Made by a program: the position numbers and the translations under genes. The notes beneath the pieces are model-generated. The model searched no databases, was not told the DNA's origin, and saw only the letters and a program-made list of their open reading frames with translations. Source: Callorhinchus milii (Eukaryota). From it: DNA of 64,000 nucleotides. Where the stretch lies: positions 27,094,001-27,158,000 of the forward strand of contig NW_024704746.1 of the NCBI RefSeq assembly GCF_018977255.1. The letters are read 5' to 3'. Below are positions 58,781-64,000 of the stretch, in pieces (the first letter of the stretch is position 1; each line of letters opens with the position of its first letter).

Positions 58781-59974
58781 CTGCGGTGAATAATGGAGCT
58801 ACATATACAGACGATTTTTATTTAACAAGTAAGTGAAGGAAATGGTTTGGAGAGGCACTTGTTAACTTCAATTCCTACTTTGGGAGATTTCCTGTGAGGC
58901 AGCCAAATCCTCTGAGAGGGTTTTATTCTCTCATATAACATGTTATAAATTTTAATGGTGGCATTCAATTCTGTAACATTAATGCCATAATTGTTTGAAA
59001 TGGCATTTTAGGTATAGGGCACTGTCCATACTCCTTGTGTTAGATGTTACATCCAGCTGCTTGACCCTCCTATTGATTAGATGTCCAATGATGAATGAAA
59101 AGAGTTGAAATTGTTTTGAGAAATACCAAATCTTTCCCCAACGTGTAATCCAAATAGTTCATGACGTCAGCGTGAACGTGAGAACAAAGGTAACAGAAGC
59201 TGTTAATTAAACGCAGATCTCAATCGATGGTTTGCATTTTACTGTTATTTTCAATCCACATTACAGCATCATGGGGACAGGAGGAGGCCATTCAGCCCGT
59301 TCCGCCATTCTATAAGATCAGAGCTGATCTGTACCTCAACTCCAGTTACCCACCCTTGACCCCTATCCTTTGATACCTTGACCTAACAAAAACCTATCCA
59401 CTTCAGTCTTGAACACGTGAATGGATCCACAGCCTTTTGTGGGAGAGAGTTCCAGATTTCTAACACCCTTTGCGTGAAAAGCACCCATCCCATATACTGA
59501 TCAACCAGCCACGGTTTTCTAGCTCTTCATTGGCCACTTTTATTTGTCCCCCTGAACCCTTAGGATGATTCACTCCGGTTCGCCGAAGAAATCTGTATCT
59601 GAACATCATTTTTTTATTATCATTTTACCATTTTTTCAAATTATTGATTTGTCACATCCTGTCCTGTCTCCCATTTGCCGGTTTCCCTGTCACCTCTCGT
59701 CCTTCACTGAGTGTTTTCTCAATAAAATAAAACTGGATAGAGATTGATTTATACTTTATTATCGTTGCCTTGTCACTTGACTGAAATAAAAGCTCTTCAA
59801 GATCATCCAATCTGAACGGTCACTTTGTCGCAAATGGCCATCCTTGTTACATCCTGGCACAGTTATAATAATGTATTTAGAAAAGTACACTTGATACGGT
59901 AAAAGATTTAAAGTTGGCACTGTAAAATTTCAATTGTGTTTTGCTAATGATGCGTTTTTGCAATAATTGGGTCA

Positions 59975-60260
59975 CCCTCTGTTTACCGCAGTAAGTAGGA
60001 ACCCGGTTGTTAGTCGATTGTCGGATCGCTTTACCGGGGGTAATAATCCCTTCAAATAAAGAAATAAATATAGAAATAAAATAATAATAATTTGGTCACT
60101 CAGTCCACGACTGTTTGCGGGGACGACGCTGTGCGCAATTGGCTGTCGCGTTTCACCCACAAGTTACACAGTCACTACACCTTACAGTATATTCTGTGAA
60201 GCTCTTTGAGACGTCTCGAAAACGTAATATCAAATGCAAGGGTTATTATTATTATTATTG
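59975..60260 (+). mobile_element. SINE lacking the tRNA head, upstream of SPX
   Basis: Central motif, body and (ATT)n tail. Confidence 0.83.
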
Positions 60261-60953
60261 TGACTGTATCAGGTAAATATTCCTACAGTACTGCCTCCGT
60301 TGTGTGAATAATGTTTGTTCTGCTGTATCATGTTGTTTTACTAATGCAAACAAAAATAAATAGTGTTGCGGTAACTAAATGGCCTTATTGTCGAGATTTC
60401 AATCAACGGTACCTTTCCATCCACAGTACAATGTGAGCCCCCATCCTATTACTGATGATGATGATGATGATAATAATAATAATTCTTGCATTTGATATAG
60501 CGCCTTATCTATTCAGCTCACATAAAAACGCCACTCGCGTTACTGTAACACTGAACTTTTCGTTGAACGCAGACAGGAATTTATTCCCTCAGCCTCCGTC
60601 TCACGTTGCTGCGATCGATTTTGAAACGAGGCCCCGACGTCGTGCAAATGATGTGTAAGAGAGGCTCAGACATTGATGCTGACAGCTTAAGCGAGTGGTC
60701 GGGTTAATGGGACGGGGATGTCTGTGGTTACTCGCTAGCTGGGAGCTGGAGTCTTCTCCTGAAGCCCTCTGTGGTTTCGCCTCCATCTGCTGCACTGACT
60801 GACATGTGGCCCCTTTAGGATCAGGCAGACAACCAGAGGGACCACTCAAAGAGCATTTAAAGAGTGCAATTGCTAAGAGCAGGAGCTTACCCCAAGTCAC
60901 GCAGACACTTCACTTGCTACCAACTCTACAGGTGGAGGTTCACGAAGGGAGAC

Positions 60954-63576
60954 ATGAAGGTGGGTGAGGTCTTATTTGCTGTTTGTGGATGGTTTGCATC
61001 AGATTGAATTGGCTTAGATAGATTCTGAGGCAAACAGGCTGACTGACTGAATATATTACTGCACTGGTTGGTTAGACATTGTGTGTGTTCAGGAGCTGAG
61101 TGAGTTAAGACTATCCCTGATGTGTAGTCCTGCTGTGAGCAAGTTGGCAAGGTTTTTATTTGAGGGGAAAAGCAACACTGTGAATGTTTAAAGTGACTTT
61201 TCTAGTGCTATATAGAGCTCTTTTGTGAAGTGAAGTGCTACGCACAGTAGAGTAGAATTTCAAACAAACAGAAGGAGATGAAGGGAGGCTGAAGAGGTAG
61301 GTACACGATTTTAAACTGGATTAAGGAATACAATATGTGCAGGATGTGTGGGAAGTGTTTCAGGTTTGAAGAGAAAGCTGGAGAACAGAACCTACTAAAT
61401 AATCTGCCTGGCTATTTGCTGAATTTCCTTCTCTCTCTCTCTGTCTCTCTCTTTCTCCCGCTGGGCAGGGCTGGGTGTCTCTCACAGTTTACGCTCTCCT
61501 GCTTCTGCTGATGCTTTCATTCTTCGTAGAATCTCGACACCTTCCCCAGGTACAGAGCTAAACCGTGTGTGTGTGTGTGTGCGGTGTCTGCGGGACGCTA
61601 CCCTGCATGAAGGGCGCTATATAAATGCAAGTTGTTGGTGCGTGTGTGTGTATGTGAGTCTCTCTCCCCGCTTGTATCCCAGTGACAGGGCGGTGTGTTG
61701 TGTTTGTACAGGACCAGGTTCAGAGACGGAATTGGACACCTCAGGCTATGTTATATTTGAAAGGCGCACGTAAGTTCGAGAGAGCTATTCCAGCACCTTC
61801 TATTGACTGACTCTCTTCACATTAACTGCCTTCCTGGGTGCTTCAGGCTTCATAACACCATTAGCTGTGTTTTATCTACCATATATATACACAGTGAATA
61901 TATACACAGATTATATACTTTTTCAATGATTCAAATAGTCGCATTTTACTTTACTTGCTTTATTATTATTCATTATTAATTAACTATTTATAATTAATCG
62001 TTTGTTATTATTACTGATTATTATCAGTATTAAGTATAGATCCACAAATGAAAGTCAACCTTTGCTTAAAAAGTAAGATATCTCGCATTCACTCATCTCA
62101 ATACTGTACTAAGTTTCTGAATGGGCCAGGCTAATAGCAAAGTGGATTTCACCTTCAAACATTTTCAAGTTGTCCCATAGAATCATTTGGTCGCTCGAAT
62201 ACTGTATCCTTCTCTGAACTCAACTCTCCTCATGTCTCCTTACAGAGGGACGTCGATTGATCGCCGAGAACGGAAAAGCTGGAGCCCTTTATGAAACCTT
62301 AGGTCTTGGTAACAGACAAGCTTGTATTTAATAATAATAATAATAATAATCCTTTCATTTGATATAACGCCTTATCACGTCTTTGAGACGATTCAAAGTA
62401 TTTCACAGCATATACTGTAAAGTGAATTGACTGTATTTTGCACTTTTGCTCAATGCTTAAGATTTTGGTTTCTGGGTCAATAAGTGTTTTAATTTTTGCA
62501 TTTGTGACACTAACAATTTCATCTTTATTAGAAACTAGAAGTGAAAACTCTAACCCCTTAACCCTTTCACAAGCAACTGCTATGGTGATGAATTTGATCG
62601 GACAGGCACAAGATAAGTATGTTTGGCAACTTTCTTGCAGGTTCAAGTATTACTGTACGAGTCGGAGATACGGATAAGTTACCAACATAGAAAGTTTCTA
62701 TTAATTATGCTGGGAGTTCGATTACTATGAACCGTTAATACACTTGTGACAGGTTAGTTAGTTTACAATTTGGACACAAATTGAGCACTGAGTAAAACTG
62801 TGTTTGCCACAGAAGTGATGGCATTTCTCAAATGGCTCCTGTTGATTTTTTTCCCCCCCAAACCAACCCAGATTGCTGAAGAGATGATCTGAATCCTAGG
62901 CTATGCAGGCTAGGATCTGATATTCTTCATAATAATACCAATAATAATCCTTGCATCTGCTGTGCGCAATCAGTCTCCACGTTGCGTCCACAAAATATAC
63001 AGTCAATTCACTTTACAGTATATCCTGTGAAGCGCTTTGAGTCGTCTCGAAGACGTGATAAGGCGCTATGTCAAATGCAAGGATTATTTTTATTATTATA
63101 TAGCGCCTTATCATGTCTTCGAGACGTCTCAAAGCATTTCACAGGATACACTGTAAAGTGAATTGGTTATATATTTTGTGGGCGAAAGAGTAAAGAGGGA
63201 AGATTTTTTTTACTATGTTTGCTTGGGAATCCTGCAGGTTTCTGAAATGCAATTATTTTTGTAATTGTAGGTTTTCCTTATTTGATTAAGTTTTGCGACA
63301 CTTTAAAACAATCGTGTGAGGTTGTCCCCTTCTCCTGAAGAGAGTAACCTATTATGCTGGTGTCTTATGCAGAGAGTATTTGAAGTTTATTTGGAAGTGT
63401 GTGTTGTGGGGAATGGGAAATGTGGAAGAGATCAGAGACCAAACCCATCAATAGAGATATTCCTTTGGAGTTTAGTCTTATATTTGTCTTTTATTAAAAT
63501 TACAGATGAGAAAGAGGAAGGTGAACAGCGGGGACTCTGGCAAGACAGCCCAAAGTGGAGAAAGCCAGTCATCTGA
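60954..63576 (+). CDS. SPX: Spexin precursor (neuropeptide Q), ~119 aa, 6 coding exons
   Basis: Exons 60954-60959 (MK), 61469-61549 (signal peptide GWVSLTVYALLLLLMLSFFVES), 61712-61769, 62246-62308, 62532-62612, 63506-63576. Contains RR-NWTPQAMLYLKGAQ-GRR, the mature spexin with dibasic and amidation sites. Downstream of GOLT1B as in mammals. Intron 5 donor is irregular (see findings). Confidence 0.95.
62940..63190. mobile_element. Tail-to-tail SINE fragments in SPX intron 5
   Basis: Plus-strand body and tail at ~62957-63098 inserted into a minus-strand tail (62940-62956 plus 63099-63187). Confidence 0.78.
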
Positions 63577-64000
63577 ATTGGTGGATTTTAAAGACCTATT
63601 TTTAATCCGTTGAGATGTGTGCTAATCTCTACCAAAATGGCTACTTACCACAGCTGTATCCTTGCGGCATCAATCATGTTCTACATGGTAAATAAATTTC
63701 GTAACCCATTTGGCGAATGTAGAATGGTATTGTTGAATTAAAAAGTCGTTCAGCATCCAAAAGCTTTTTTCTAAAACAAATTGCTCAACGTAACCGGTTT
63801 TCAGAGTTGCATTTTAGCTCTATTTTCTCCAATTTTTTTTAAAAAAAGGACACTTAATACTAGAATGATAAACTTTGATTCGGTTCTCCGTGTGAGTTTT
63901 CTAGTACCATTTCAATTCAACTACATTTTTGTTCAAAACCACGGATGTGTATAACAAAAATCTGAAAATACCCACACAGACGGCCACTTTACTAGCATAG

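Noticed and set aside
61278-61300. ATGAAG as an alternative SPX start
   Set aside because: Followed by GGAGGCTGA (stop) with no donor after MK; 60954 has ATGAAG|GTGGGT.

Overview
Eukaryotic (vertebrate) genomic DNA with spliceosomal introns. The repeat landscape (tRNA-derived SINEs with Deu-like 3' halves and L2-type tails, L2 and CR1 remnants) suggests a cartilaginous fish, most likely a chimaera; this is inference. Left to right: about 9.6 kb of repeat-rich sequence with a possible first exon at the left edge; four intact, nearly identical six-exon cytosolic sulfotransferase genes (SULT6B-like; A, B, C on minus, D on plus); RECQL (minus, 14 coding exons); a CpG-island bidirectional promoter; GOLT1B (plus, 5 coding exons); and the spexin precursor SPX (plus, 6 coding exons). 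The most unusual region is the SULT cluster. C and D sit head-to-head in a ~4.2 kb palindrome whose spacer is a third copy of an arm segment, and the four genes are exon-by-exon mosaics of one another. D occupies the position held by PYROXD1 in mammals. SPX intron 5 has a non-canonical AT donor. Exon coordinates were read by eye; repeat boundaries are approximate.
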